Of a stretch of 44,238 bases of DNA, positions 1-8,931 are shown piece after piece. This DNA comes from Chlamydiia bacterium (GTDB lineage: Bacteria; Chlamydiota; Chlamydiia; Chlamydiales; JACKPQ01). The translations under genes and the position numbers were made by a program. The notes under the pieces are model-generated. The model had not been told where the DNA came from. It saw only the letters and a program-made list of their open reading frames with translations, and made no database searches. The stretch covers positions 1 through 44,238 of the forward strand of contig JAUILX010000001.1 in the NCBI GenBank assembly GCA_030433395.1, read 5' to 3'. Positions within the stretch are counted from its first letter, which is position 1. Each line of letters begins with the position of its first letter.

Positions 1-201
1 ATACCCCTCAGGAATGAGTGGTCGTAGCAAGGATGGGTTATTTAATAGCCTGCGATAGGTTTGAGAGTTAAGTAAATCGACGTATAAAGCCTCAGGATGT
101 TGCTCTTGAATCCAGTGGGTCTTTCCCGTTCCTCGAGGACCGAATAAAAAGTAACTCGATTTCAGTTGTTTGCGTTTTTCTAACCACCGTTTATATTGCA
201 T
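1..201 (-). CDS. AAA+ ATPase, N-terminal fragment running off the window edge
   Basis: Manual translation of the minus strand from the ATG at 199-201 gives MQYKRWLEKRKQLKSSYFLFGPRGTGKTHWIQEQ... with Walker A GPRGTGKT. A GAGG Shine-Dalgarno-like site lies just upstream. Confidence 0.6.
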   Translation of the reverse strand, partial: MQYKRWLEKRKQLKSSYFLFGPRGTGKTHWIQEQHPEALYVDLLNSQTYRRLLNNPSLLRPLIPEGY

Positions 202-204
202 ATA

Positions 205-390
205 TTTACCTCTTAATACCATTCTATCATGTAAAATTTACCTGTCAATGCCATTTTTAAGCTGTTTTTTTACCTATAAGGGTAATTTTCATGCGTTTTT
301 TTACCCTTAGGGGCTCAAATTCGGACCATTTATGAGTTTTTTTACCTGAACTCTGCTATGTGAGTTGTCAAGCTAAATCATGATTTTACC
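205..390. repeat. Six dispersed direct copies of T(3-7)ACCT, three of them with T7 tracts
   Basis: TTTACC occurs at 205-210, 237-242, 269-274, 300-305, 341-346 and 385-390. Spacings are 32, 32, 31, 41 and 44 bp. Confidence 0.8.
221..248 (-). promoter_or_regulatory. sigma70-like promoter for the ATPase gene
   Basis: Minus strand reads TTGACA (243-248), a 16-nt spacer, then TAGAAT (221-226). A 19-nt leader with AAGAGG precedes the ATG at 201. Confidence 0.5.
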
Positions 391-638
391 TCATTTTTTA
401 ATTGGCTATCTCTGGACGACTGCTCATTAACAGTCTAATTTTTTTCAAGCTCAGATAATGGCTTAATCTGCTATTCGTGGTCATTTCCTTAAAAACGCCA
501 CAAGTTTCTCATCCAAAGAGATTGCTAACGCCTTAAACTGGGTTTCGTGGTGCCCTTGTTTTCTTCGCCCACAGGAGTTCTAGACAAGGTCATTAGCAAT
601 CAAAATATTTCATCAACTGATTTTTTCTCTACTTTTCC

Positions 639-1691
639 TTAGATTGCTTTTCCCTCTGGTTGTATTTGGTATAATGTTCCACTTCTAAAGCAAGCTCTGA
701 TTTGGCAAATTAATCGCCTCGCTACCGCGACTATTGCCTTTTTACTTCCCGCTCTTCTTGCTATTCGAAGATAGACTTCTTTTAGTTTTTTGTTGTAATT
801 GATTGAAATCCAGCTGCAGACCACTAAAATTGAGCGAATTCTTGGATTGCCTTGCCGGCTGATATGCCCTTTTCTAACATGTTCCCCAGATGAATACTCT
901 GCTGGCGTCAGCCCTGTGTAGGATGATAAATGCCTCTCTGATGGAAAACGTGACATATCTCCAAGCTCATTTGCCAGTATCCTGCTAGCAGTTGGGCCTA
1001 TTCCTGGTACGCTCTCATAAACCTTTTGGTATTTTTCATTTTCAGCTGCTTGTTTTTTCAAATGATTTTCTACTGCTTTGATCCGATGACTAAAATGTTC
1101 CCACTCCTTGATGAGCTCGTTGATGACATATTTGATCTCGGGCAACATCTCTTGTTGTTTAAGTTTCTCACACCACGATTTGGATACTCTTTTTATGTCT
1201 TGTGGTCCTATCAACCCGTAGTAATTTGCCTTACTTTTTAGTGTAGCTGCTAATCGGGCGCGCTCTTTTACAAGCTTGTCCCTAAAACGCGTCAAGGCTC
1301 GACGGGCTTCTTCTTTAGATGATGGTACATAGATACCTTTGAGACGTCCAACCTCTAGCTGTGTTGCAATCTTTAATGCATCTCTTTTATCAGTTTTTAC
1401 CCGGTCACGGGCTCCAATCTCAATCGAGGCAGCATGTACGACGATATTGTTGATTCCATGGTCTATAAGAGCACGGTGCAAGCCAAAACCTGAAAATCCA
1501 GCTTCGTATGCACTTTTGACATTCGCTCCAAGAAAAAACTTACTTAAATATGTGATTAGTTTTTCTGGACAGGCGGGTAGAGTATCTTTCTTAATTAATA
1601 CCTTATCGCACATTACAGCTATTGCGTATGTTTTTTTGTGCACATCAATTCCCACAAAAATGTCTTTTCCTTTATAGTTTCGATCACTCAT
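639..1691 (-). CDS. IS110-family (DEDD) transposase/recombinase
   Basis: 350 aa. The N-terminus has FVGIDVHKKTYAIAV (DEDD_Tnp_IS110-type). The C-terminus has SVPGIGPTASRILANELGDMSRF...YTGLTPAEYSSGEHVRKGHISRQGNPRIR (Transposase_20-type). Confidence 0.9.
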   Translation of the reverse strand: MSDRNYKGKDIFVGIDVHKKTYAIAVMCDKVLIKKDTLPACPEKLITYLSKFFLGANVKSAYEAGFSGFGLHRALIDHGINNIVVHAASIEIGARDRVKTDKRDALKIATQLEVGRLKGIYVPSSKEEARRALTRFRDKLVKERARLAATLKSKANYYGLIGPQDIKRVSKSWCEKLKQQEMLPEIKYVINELIKEWEHFSHRIKAVENHLKKQAAENEKYQKVYESVPGIGPTASRILANELGDMSRFPSERHLSSYTGLTPAEYSSGEHVRKGHISRQGNPRIRSILVVCSWISINYNKKLKEVYLRIARRAGSKKAIVAVARRLICQIRACFRSGTLYQIQPEGKAI

Positions 1692-1839
1692 TTTGCTCTC
1701 CTTGTTATTGGGTTTATTCTTTTTCAGGCTTATGCCTTTTCAGGGAGGGCTTTTATCATGTTTTGCTTTATTTATGGACTCATCATAGGAACTGGGTTTA
1801 GATTGCTTAAGGTTAGAGGAATTCAGGTGAAAGATTGTT

Positions 1840-1948
1840 CCAATTTTGACGAATTCCATAGCAAATGCGCTATGGGTGAGTCAAAAATGGGACAAGATTT
1901 CCCTAAATTGCCTAAACATAAGTGATATAAACCCGGAGTTCAGGTTAA
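1840..1948 (+). repeat. 109-bp segment of the IS110 5' arm, repeated in inverted orientation at 37564-37672
   Basis: Hand alignment gives about 90 of 109 identical positions. Identical blocks include CCAATTTTGA, CCATAGCAAATGCGCT, CAAGATTTCCC and CTAAACATAAGTGATA. Confidence 0.8.
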
Positions 1949-2013
1949 TAAATAGTTGCATAAAGTGGGTTGCGTATCAAGTGTCTATGCTTGCATTACA
2001 AAGATTCTGCCAA

Positions 2014-2919
2014 TTACACCTGGGCAAGGGCTGGGTAAGTAAAGAAAAAGAATTGAGTCGCATTTAATAAAAAATGAGCTGCGATGGAACCTTCTACAGA
2101 TTTTGTGTGGTGGTAGGTGAGTCCGTAGAGGACAGAGGCGCAGAAGGCTAAAAGAATGTAACGTACTTGAAAGACAAATGCTAGGTGCATCAGTGCAAAA
2201 ATAGTGGATAGAATTCCTATAGCAATATAGGGTGCCCACTTGGTTTTTGGTCGCAGGCTATTTGTAATTTCTCGTTGTAAAAAGCCACGCCAAAAGACTT
2301 CATCTGCAATGCAAACAAGAAAAAGATTTGCGGTGATCCACGGAGCTGTAATGGGTGGGATCTTTGGGTCAAAGTTTACGATGCCAAATATTTGGGACAG
2401 AGCAAGCATGGCGATGATTGTAATCCCTGACCAAATGCAAATGGGCGCAAATTTAAGTTTCCATTCCTTCCATGTTGATAGAAGGGGAAGTCCAAAGCCA
2501 AGAATGAAAATACCAATGAAGGGTTTGTCATAATTAAAATAGAGAGTGAATGGAACTCCATCTGGACTGACTTGAATACCTTGAACAATCAGCCAATTGT
2601 TAAACCCTGGAAACAGATGAAGCGTCAGACCAAGTGATAGTATGGATGCCAGACAGATGAGTATAGCTCTTAAAAACCCCTGAATTTGTGATTTGAGGCA
2701 AAAATGGCAAGCGGCTAGAAATATAATTGGAATGAGCGCTGGAGGAGTGATGATGTTGGCAACCAGTGCAAGAACAATGCTTGTAAAGAGTAAGCCTACC
2801 CAGAAAAATGCGTGTCGATAAACCCAGAAAGACAGAATAGCCAATATCAAAATGAAGTAAGTTGATGAGTAGAGGGGATAAGATAAGAATGTTTTTAGTG
2901 TAAACGCTAAGTTGTGCAT
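2014..2919 (-). CDS. CPBP-family (CAAX/Abi) intramembrane metalloprotease
   Basis: 301 aa, polytopic. Motifs are ADEVFWRGFLQRE (EExxxR-like), FALMH (FxxxH) and AHFLLN (HxxxN). Confidence 0.8.
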   Translation of the reverse strand: MHNLAFTLKTFLSYPLYSSTYFILILAILSFWVYRHAFFWVGLLFTSIVLALVANIITPPALIPIIFLAACHFCLKSQIQGFLRAILICLASILSLGLTLHLFPGFNNWLIVQGIQVSPDGVPFTLYFNYDKPFIGIFILGFGLPLLSTWKEWKLKFAPICIWSGITIIAMLALSQIFGIVNFDPKIPPITAPWITANLFLVCIADEVFWRGFLQREITNSLRPKTKWAPYIAIGILSTIFALMHLAFVFQVRYILLAFCASVLYGLTYHHTKSVEGSIAAHFLLNATQFFFFTYPALAQV

Positions 2920-4310
2920 GTTGATACGGCCTTTGTTATGAGATATTCTCGAATAGCATCTGGTCCTCCTTCTTTGCCGAAACCAGAGTGCTTGATTCCA
3001 CCAAACGGGATTTGTGCACTACTTGGGGATCCATCGTTGACCCCAATGATTCCAAAGTCTAGTTTTTTAATGGCATCCTGTACAGTTTGGGGATTTTCAG
3101 AAAAAATATAAGAGGCAAGACCAAATTCTGTTTGGTTGGCAAGCTCAAGTGCTTCATCAAATGTGTTAAATGGCATAAGACTAGCAACAGGTCCAAAACT
3201 CTCTTCTTTAAAAAGAAGCATATCAGGTTTGATATCGGCAATGATTTGAGGCTTTGCTGGGTTTTCATCAACGAGAATGGCTCTTGCTCCTTTAGCAAGC
3301 GCCTCTTTTACATTTTTGGATATTTTGTTGCGTGATGATTGATGTAAAACCAGAGATAACTCAGCTTTGTCATCAAACGGATCACCAATGTAAAGCTGCT
3401 TTACATTGGTTGTAAATGACTCAATAAAAGATGCGTAGAGTGATGTATGAATCAAAAAGCGATTGGCTGCAATGCATGATTGGCCATTGTTTCGAAATTT
3501 CGCAGCGATTGCACCTTTGACAGCTTTTTGAAGATCCGCATCTTCGAAAACAATGAAGGGAGCATTTCCTCCAAGCTCCATGGATGCTTTTTTTAGCGTG
3601 GGCCCGCATTTAGAATAGAGGCTTTGCCCCACTTGAGTGCTACCTGTAAATGAGATCTTTCGAATGATAGGGGAGGTCATGAGGGGATCGACGATGGTGG
3701 CGGTAGGCCCGATAAGAATATTGAGCAATCCTGCAGGAAGGTTTAGCTTGTGTGCGATTGCCGCAAAGACGAGTAAAGAGATAGGTGTTTGAGAGCTGGG
3801 TCTTGCAATGATGGGGCATCCTGCGGCGAGTGCAGGTGCAATTTTACGAGCCCCCATAGCTAAAGGAAAATTCCAAGGGGTCATGAGCAGACAGGGGCCG
3901 ATGGGAGCATCAACCATTTGGAGTTTTTTTGATGACGAGATGTCGTGTTTACCGATGTGTTGCATTTGTTTTGCGCATAAGAGAAAGTAATGTATTGAGT
4001 AGTCAACTTCAAGGAGAGCTTGTGATATGACTTTGCCCATTTCTTTCGTGATGATAGTTGCAATTTCATCTCTGTGGGTTTTTAAAGATGTTGCAATTGC
4101 GTTGAGGTACTTGGTTCGGTCATTGATGGGTAATAGAGGAGCCGACTGGACAGCATGGAGGGCATTATCGACATTTTCTTTGCTGGCAACTTGCAGGCTT
4201 GTCCATGGTTTTTGATCCATGGGGCATATGTGAGGAGTGGGATTTTCGATGTCGACAAACGATCCATTGACATAGCTAGAGTAGTGCTTTTCTGAGAAGA
4301 AACTTTGCAT
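2907..4310 (-). CDS. gabD: NAD(P)-dependent aldehyde dehydrogenase, succinate-semialdehyde dehydrogenase-like
   Basis: 467 aa with the ALDH motifs MELGGNAP and GQSCIAANR (catalytic Cys). Overlaps the downstream CPBP start by 13 nt. Confidence 0.7.
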   Translation of the reverse strand: MQSFFSEKHYSSYVNGSFVDIENPTPHICPMDQKPWTSLQVASKENVDNALHAVQSAPLLPINDRTKYLNAIATSLKTHRDEIATIITKEMGKVISQALLEVDYSIHYFLLCAKQMQHIGKHDISSSKKLQMVDAPIGPCLLMTPWNFPLAMGARKIAPALAAGCPIIARPSSQTPISLLVFAAIAHKLNLPAGLLNILIGPTATIVDPLMTSPIIRKISFTGSTQVGQSLYSKCGPTLKKASMELGGNAPFIVFEDADLQKAVKGAIAAKFRNNGQSCIAANRFLIHTSLYASFIESFTTNVKQLYIGDPFDDKAELSLVLHQSSRNKISKNVKEALAKGARAILVDENPAKPQIIADIKPDMLLFKEESFGPVASLMPFNTFDEALELANQTEFGLASYIFSENPQTVQDAIKKLDFGIIGVNDGSPSSAQIPFGGIKHSGFGKEGGPDAIREYLITKAVSTCTT

Positions 4311-4347
4311 ATGGGAACTTGTTGTGTATTCTGAGTAAGAATAACAG

Positions 4348-5076
4348 ATGATTAGAAAAACGCAAGATGATGTGACATGGCTCGAATTTGAGCAGCTAGC
4401 TGATGTGAAGGGGCTTTTTCATGGAGTTATGACTCGGAAGGGTTTTTGTGAATGCACCGATCCTGATGATGTTCAGATTCATGCACAAGCTGTTAAAAGG
4501 GCTTTTGACCAAGAGCATTGTGCTATGGGAAAGCAATGCCATGGTACTTATGTAGCAAAGCTTTTGGATGCAAATGGCCTGTCCAGAGTTGAAGCTTGTG
4601 ATGGACTGATGACAAGCAGCGAGGGAATCATGCTTTTGACAAGACATGCTGATTGCCAGGCTGTTTTATTTTATGATCCCATTTGCCGAGCTGTGGCAAA
4701 TGTGCATGCAGGGTGGAGGGGCAGTGTTCGTGGCATGTTGCAAGGAGCTGTAAAGCGTATGCAAAAAACCTATGGGTCGAAGCCTGAGAATTTACTAGTT
4801 TGCATTTCTCCGAGCTTAGGGCCAAAGTGGGCTGAATTTCGAAACTATACATATGAGCTCCCAGAGAGTTTTTATCGTTTTCAGACAAGATCTGACTATT
4901 TTGACTTTTGGGAAATCAGTCGATGGCAGTTGAAAGAGGCAGGGGTTTTAGATCATCATATCGAGATTGCTAAGTTGTGCACTTATGACAATCCCGATGA
5001 TTTTTTTTCTTATCGACGTGAGGGAATCACGGGCCGTCACATTTCTTCAATTGGCTTTGCCAAAATAAAGCCTTGA
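4348..5076 (+). CDS. pgeF: YfiH/PgeF-family (DUF152) purine nucleoside phosphorylase / peptidoglycan editing factor
   Basis: 242 aa with family motifs RHADCQAV and NVHAGWRG. Confidence 0.8.
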   Translation: MIRKTQDDVTWLEFEQLADVKGLFHGVMTRKGFCECTDPDDVQIHAQAVKRAFDQEHCAMGKQCHGTYVAKLLDANGLSRVEACDGLMTSSEGIMLLTRHADCQAVLFYDPICRAVANVHAGWRGSVRGMLQGAVKRMQKTYGSKPENLLVCISPSLGPKWAEFRNYTYELPESFYRFQTRSDYFDFWEISRWQLKEAGVLDHHIEIAKLCTYDNPDDFFSYRREGITGRHISSIGFAKIKP

Positions 5077-5570
5077 TCTGGCTGGTTGACGTTAAGAAGC
5101 AGGACCGTATTAGGATCGAGCGCGCTATTGCAATGCATGAAGAGGCGATCGCCAACTGACCAGTGGATTTGTTGATCTTCTGCATACCAGGTGTAGCCGT
5201 CCGATGTTTCAAAAACACTCTTGTTTTTCTCAATGTGCGTAAGTGTTGGCAGCTCAGTATGGGATGATTCTTGAGACTTAAACCAGCTGAAAACCTCACT
5301 ATTGTTATTTAAATTAATAAGCATGTAGATCTGCCCTTTTGCATCACTAACATAGGGGACAATTTCGATCATGTCGTTAATAGACCAGGTATCTAGAGAG
5401 TCTGATGCGTCCTTTGGACAACCACATTTGCAGGCGTCAAAGACAAGGCCATTGGTGAACTCTATTTTGAAGCTGCTTCCATTAACGGAGAGATTTTTGT
5501 AGTGCAGGGGGTGATTTTCATAGCCAGAAAGGCCAGCGACACAGACGATAAACAGCATTAAATTTTTCAT
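5037..5570 (-). CDS. Hypothetical secreted protein or lipoprotein
   Basis: Start chosen at MKNLMLFIVCVAGLSG (ATG at 5570, GGAG 6 nt upstream). It has a hydrophobic signal-like N-terminus and no recognisable domain. The 3' end overlaps convergent pgeF by 40 bp. Confidence 0.5.
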   Translation of the reverse strand: MKNLMLFIVCVAGLSGYENHPLHYKNLSVNGSSFKIEFTNGLVFDACKCGCPKDASDSLDTWSINDMIEIVPYVSDAKGQIYMLINLNNNSEVFSWFKSQESSHTELPTLTHIEKNKSVFETSDGYTWYAEDQQIHWSVGDRLFMHCNSALDPNTVLLLNVNQPDQGFILAKPIEEM

Positions 5571-5661
5571 TTTAAACTCCGGGGTTTCGGGCAAATATCT
5601 CTTCTATTATGGCTTTTTGTCAATAACTTTAGTACAATGATGCTATGCAAATGAGGCTAAT

Positions 5662-6489
5662 ATGAAAGTGTGGATTGCTGGGCAAAATGGTTTACTAGGC
5701 CAGGCTTGTAAAAAAGCCCTTGAAGGCATTGAGACAGTGGGAACATCTCGGGACGATCTCGACATGCGTGATAGAGATGCAATGCGAAGATTTGTAGAAC
5801 TAACTGAGCCAACACATTTAATTAACTGCACTGGCTTTACAGGCGTTGATCTTGCAGAAAATAATAAAGAGGCAGCCCATACAATCAATGCTCAAGCTGT
5901 TGAGGAAATGGGCAAGCTTGGCATCAAAGTTCTTCATTTTTCTACCGACTATGTCTTTGGTGGCACAAAACGCAGTCCCTATTCGATCCATGATACACCT
6001 GCACCTTTAAGCGTCTATGGAATGACAAAACTTAGAGGAGAGCAGCGTTTATTAGATGTAAATCCTAAGGCATGTGTTGTGCGCACAGCTTGGCTTTTTG
6101 GACACGGCAGGTCAAATTTTGTCACTCAGATGATGGAGTTGATGCAAAAAAACAAAGAGATTCGAGTTGTTGAAGATCAAGTAGGGTCTCCATGCTATGC
6201 AGATGATATTGCCAAAGCTGCCATCGGACTTTTAGATGCACACGGTTTGCATCACGTTGTAAATAGTGGATCTGCTTCCCGTTTGGGTTGGGCTAGAGCT
6301 ATACATCAGCAAATGCAAAAAAGAGGTATGGAGTTTATCTGTGAGGACATAAAGCCTGCTCAAAGTCGCGAATTTTTATCCGATGCAAGAAGGCCAGCCT
6401 ACTCTGTTTTAGAGGGTATTAATCTGCGCTGTTGGGAAGAAGCTTTGGAGCGTTACATGGAACAAGAGGTTTTATGTCCCGTTGCTTAA
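5662..6489 (+). CDS. rfbD: dTDP-4-dehydrorhamnose reductase
   Basis: 275 aa: MKVWIAGQNGLLG, STDYVFGG, YGMTKLRGE (YxxxK). Confidence 0.85.
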   Translation: MKVWIAGQNGLLGQACKKALEGIETVGTSRDDLDMRDRDAMRRFVELTEPTHLINCTGFTGVDLAENNKEAAHTINAQAVEEMGKLGIKVLHFSTDYVFGGTKRSPYSIHDTPAPLSVYGMTKLRGEQRLLDVNPKACVVRTAWLFGHGRSNFVTQMMELMQKNKEIRVVEDQVGSPCYADDIAKAAIGLLDAHGLHHVVNSGSASRLGWARAIHQQMQKRGMEFICEDIKPAQSREFLSDARRPAYSVLEGINLRCWEEALERYMEQEVLCPVA

Positions 6490-7442
6490 AGCGCTTTTTA
6501 GTAACTGGTGGAGCAGGGTTTATGGGGTCAGCGTTTATCCGGCTATTGCTTTGTGATCCTGACTTTGATGGGACCGTTTGTAATCTTGACGTCCTTACCT
6601 ACGCAGCTGATTTAGCAAATCTAGCAGAAGTGGAAAATGATCCTAGATATCGTTTTGTTCAGGGCGATATTTGTGATGGTATAACACTTGAAAACTTTGA
6701 TGTAGTTGTTCATTTTGCCGCAGAAAGCCATGTCGATCGCAGCATTGAATGCGCACAAAAGTTTATCCAAACAAATATTATGGGCACGCATGCACTTTTA
6801 GAAGAGCTGAAAAAATTTCCCAAATGTCACTTTCATCATATTTCCACAGATGAGGTTTATGGGAATATTCTTGAAGGTGCAGCTGATGAAAAGGCTCCAT
6901 ACGCGCCCAGTTCTCCGTATGCAGCAAGTAAAGCTGCATCAGATCATCTTGTTTCCTCTTTTGCAAAAACATATGGCTTGGATATCACGGTATCCCATTC
7001 AACAAATAACTACGGGCCAGGACAGTTTCCCGAAAAGTTTATCCCCCTAATGATCACAAACATGATTGAGCAAAAAACACTGCCAGTTTATGGACAGGGG
7101 ACCAACATTCGTGATTGGATATATGTTGAAGATCATGCTCGAGCAGTTCTAAAAATTTTAGAGAAAGGTGTGAGTGGAGAGGTGTATAACATCAGCGCGC
7201 ACAATCCAATGCGCAACCTAGATGTGATTGAAAACTTAGCTAAGCATTTTGATGAGTCAGTAGAGATTGAATTTATTGCAGATCGCCCTGGACACGACAT
7301 GCGTTATGCCTTAGATGCCTCAAAATTACAGGCTCTAGGCTGGAAGCCCAAAATTTCATTCGATGAAGGAATCAAACGGACTATAAATCACTACAGGGAG
7401 AAGATCGATGCATCAAAAGATCGCTTGCGTCATACCGGCTAG
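6474..7442 (+). CDS. rfbB: dTDP-glucose 4,6-dehydratase
   Basis: ATG at 6474 gives MSRCLKRFLVTGGAGFMGS. Also has STDEVYG and PYAASKAASDHLV. The track ORF start at 6432 is a TTG extension overlapping rfbD. Confidence 0.9.
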   Translation: MSRCLKRFLVTGGAGFMGSAFIRLLLCDPDFDGTVCNLDVLTYAADLANLAEVENDPRYRFVQGDICDGITLENFDVVVHFAAESHVDRSIECAQKFIQTNIMGTHALLEELKKFPKCHFHHISTDEVYGNILEGAADEKAPYAPSSPYAASKAASDHLVSSFAKTYGLDITVSHSTNNYGPGQFPEKFIPLMITNMIEQKTLPVYGQGTNIRDWIYVEDHARAVLKILEKGVSGEVYNISAHNPMRNLDVIENLAKHFDESVEIEFIADRPGHDMRYALDASKLQALGWKPKISFDEGIKRTINHYREKIDASKDRLRHTG

Positions 7443-8130
7443 GCTCAACTCAACGCGGTTTCCTCAAAAAGTGTTATCTGAGCTCAAGGGAAAGCCATTG
7501 CTGCAATGGGTCTATGAGTCTGCTAGCAGCCTTTTTGAGACATGCGTTTTTGCAGTTGATAGCGAGGAAGTTGCAGAACTTGTCAGCGGCTTTGGAGCTC
7601 CCTATGTCATGACATCAAAGGATTGCCCAAGCGGAACAATGCGTTTGATCGAGGTACGCAATCAGGGTAAAATTAAGGCTGGCATTTGGGTGAATTGGCA
7701 AGCTGATGAGCCGCTAATCAATCAGGAAATGATCGAGGATCTGCTGCAATCGTCTGAGGATCCATGTCAAGATGTTTGGACCCTCAAGCACCGCTTAGAA
7801 GGGGATCCCAATGATCCTCATACTGTCAAAGTTGTGACTGATGAGCGAGGTAAAGCGCTTTATTTTTCTAGAAGTGCAATTCCCTATTCAAAAGAAAAAT
7901 TTGATTATTACAAACATATTGGGCTTTATGCTTATACTGATCGAGCGCTAGCCATCATTGAGCAATTGCCGCCGTGTCCACTCGAGCAAGCTGAAAGCTT
8001 GGAGCAGCTGCGGTTTTTAAGTGGAGGGTTGCATATTCAAGTCCATGAAACAAAGCATGAAACCCAGGGCATTGACCTTCCTGAGCATTTGGCTAAGCTG
8101 GAAGGGATGCTTGCTCACGAGCTAATTTAA
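7408..8130 (+). CDS. kdsB: 3-deoxy-manno-octulosonate cytidylyltransferase (CMP-Kdo synthetase)
   Basis: 240 aa: IACVIPARLNSTRFPQKVL, WVNWQADEPL, HIGLYAY. Confidence 0.9.
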   Translation: MHQKIACVIPARLNSTRFPQKVLSELKGKPLLQWVYESASSLFETCVFAVDSEEVAELVSGFGAPYVMTSKDCPSGTMRLIEVRNQGKIKAGIWVNWQADEPLINQEMIEDLLQSSEDPCQDVWTLKHRLEGDPNDPHTVKVVTDERGKALYFSRSAIPYSKEKFDYYKHIGLYAYTDRALAIIEQLPPCPLEQAESLEQLRFLSGGLHIQVHETKHETQGIDLPEHLAKLEGMLAHELI

Positions 8131-8295
8131 CGCGAGTTGCGGATCAACTCCCTTGAACTGGCCCATCTTTTGGCGATCTTTCTAGGAAAAACTGCTTGAG
8201 GATAGCGCGTTGGCTATTCACTGCGCAGATTTTTCTAGAAATTTCATCAAAAATATGCACCATTTCATAGATAGTTGATCCGCAACTCGCGTTAA
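8127..8295. repeat. MITE-like element with perfect 23-bp terminal inverted repeats and nested inner inverted repeats
   Basis: TTAACGCGAGTTGCGGATCAACT at 8127-8149 is the exact reverse complement of 8273-8295. An inner repeat pairs about 8178-8190 with 8230-8242. A central ATAGC/GCTAT stem lies near 8202-8217. The left arm contains the kdsB stop codon. Confidence 0.75.
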
Positions 8296-8426
8296 TTTAG
8301 TGCAATACCAACTTTCAGAAATAAGAGCCTTGTTGTCCACAGAGCTGGTTTGTATAGTAGCCCGACTTGCGCCCTATTTTGCCAAAGGGGGTGAGCGAAG
8401 GGGTCAAGATACAAGCTGAGGACGAG

Positions 8427-8931
8427 CTAAGGTGGGTCCACCTTTTCGAGGAGAGAAGCGCCGTAGATTGATTCCTGCAGCCAGCCAATCTGGCAACAGG
8501 ATCTTAGGTGACTAAACTGATGCTGTAAGCGAGGATAAACAGCATAATCTTCAGCTGAAAATCTCTTTGAGTGACTGCGTGAATCGATATCAGTATAGGC
8601 TTTGTCGGTATAAATCACGGATTCATCAGGTAATGCGAGCTCAAAACGTTTAAATGCGCGCATATCACTCTCGCTTCCTGGTGTCATTACAAGCTCTATT
8701 GGTTCTTGGTTAGTTGTCGCTACCATGTGAATTTTGTAACCATAGAAATAGCGCTTTTTGCTTGCTCTTAAAGATGCGGATATTGCCGCAGACAGGCACT
8801 GGAAAGCTGTCTGCTACATATTCACCAGTATCATGATTCTCCTTAAAATATTGGGCTAAAGCAGCAAATATTGGGAAAAATAACTGCTGCAAAATGGATT
8901 CCACTTGAGTTATTTGCAAGGCTGCCGGCAA
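8427..8931 (-). pseudogene. IS982-family transposase remnant (N-terminally truncated, frameshifted, internally deleted)
   Basis: Three frames carry pieces of the protein: ADSFPVPVCGNIRIFKSK, then KRYFYGYKIHMVATTNQEPIELVMTPGSESD...IYTDKAY, then IHAVTQRDFQLKIMLFILAYSI with a stop near 8504. These match my recollection of IS982 transposase landmarks (DSFPIPLC, YFYG.K.H, GFQLK...LLAYS). Confidence 0.65.

Larger units (their letters stand above)
600..1950 (-). mobile_element. IS110-family insertion sequence (ends approximate)
   Basis: One intact transposase ORF lies in the intergenic space between the ATPase gene and the CPBP gene, with a roughly 260-bp non-coding 5' arm. No terminal inverted repeats were seen, as is usual for IS110. 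Boundaries cannot be fixed from a single copy. Confidence 0.6.

Noticed and set aside
490-640. Possible LuxR/GerE-type HTH gene fragment (…SSKEIANALN…) in the IS110 3' flank.
   Set aside because: Only about 10 residues resemble the motif. The frame breaks immediately and the expected downstream helix is absent.
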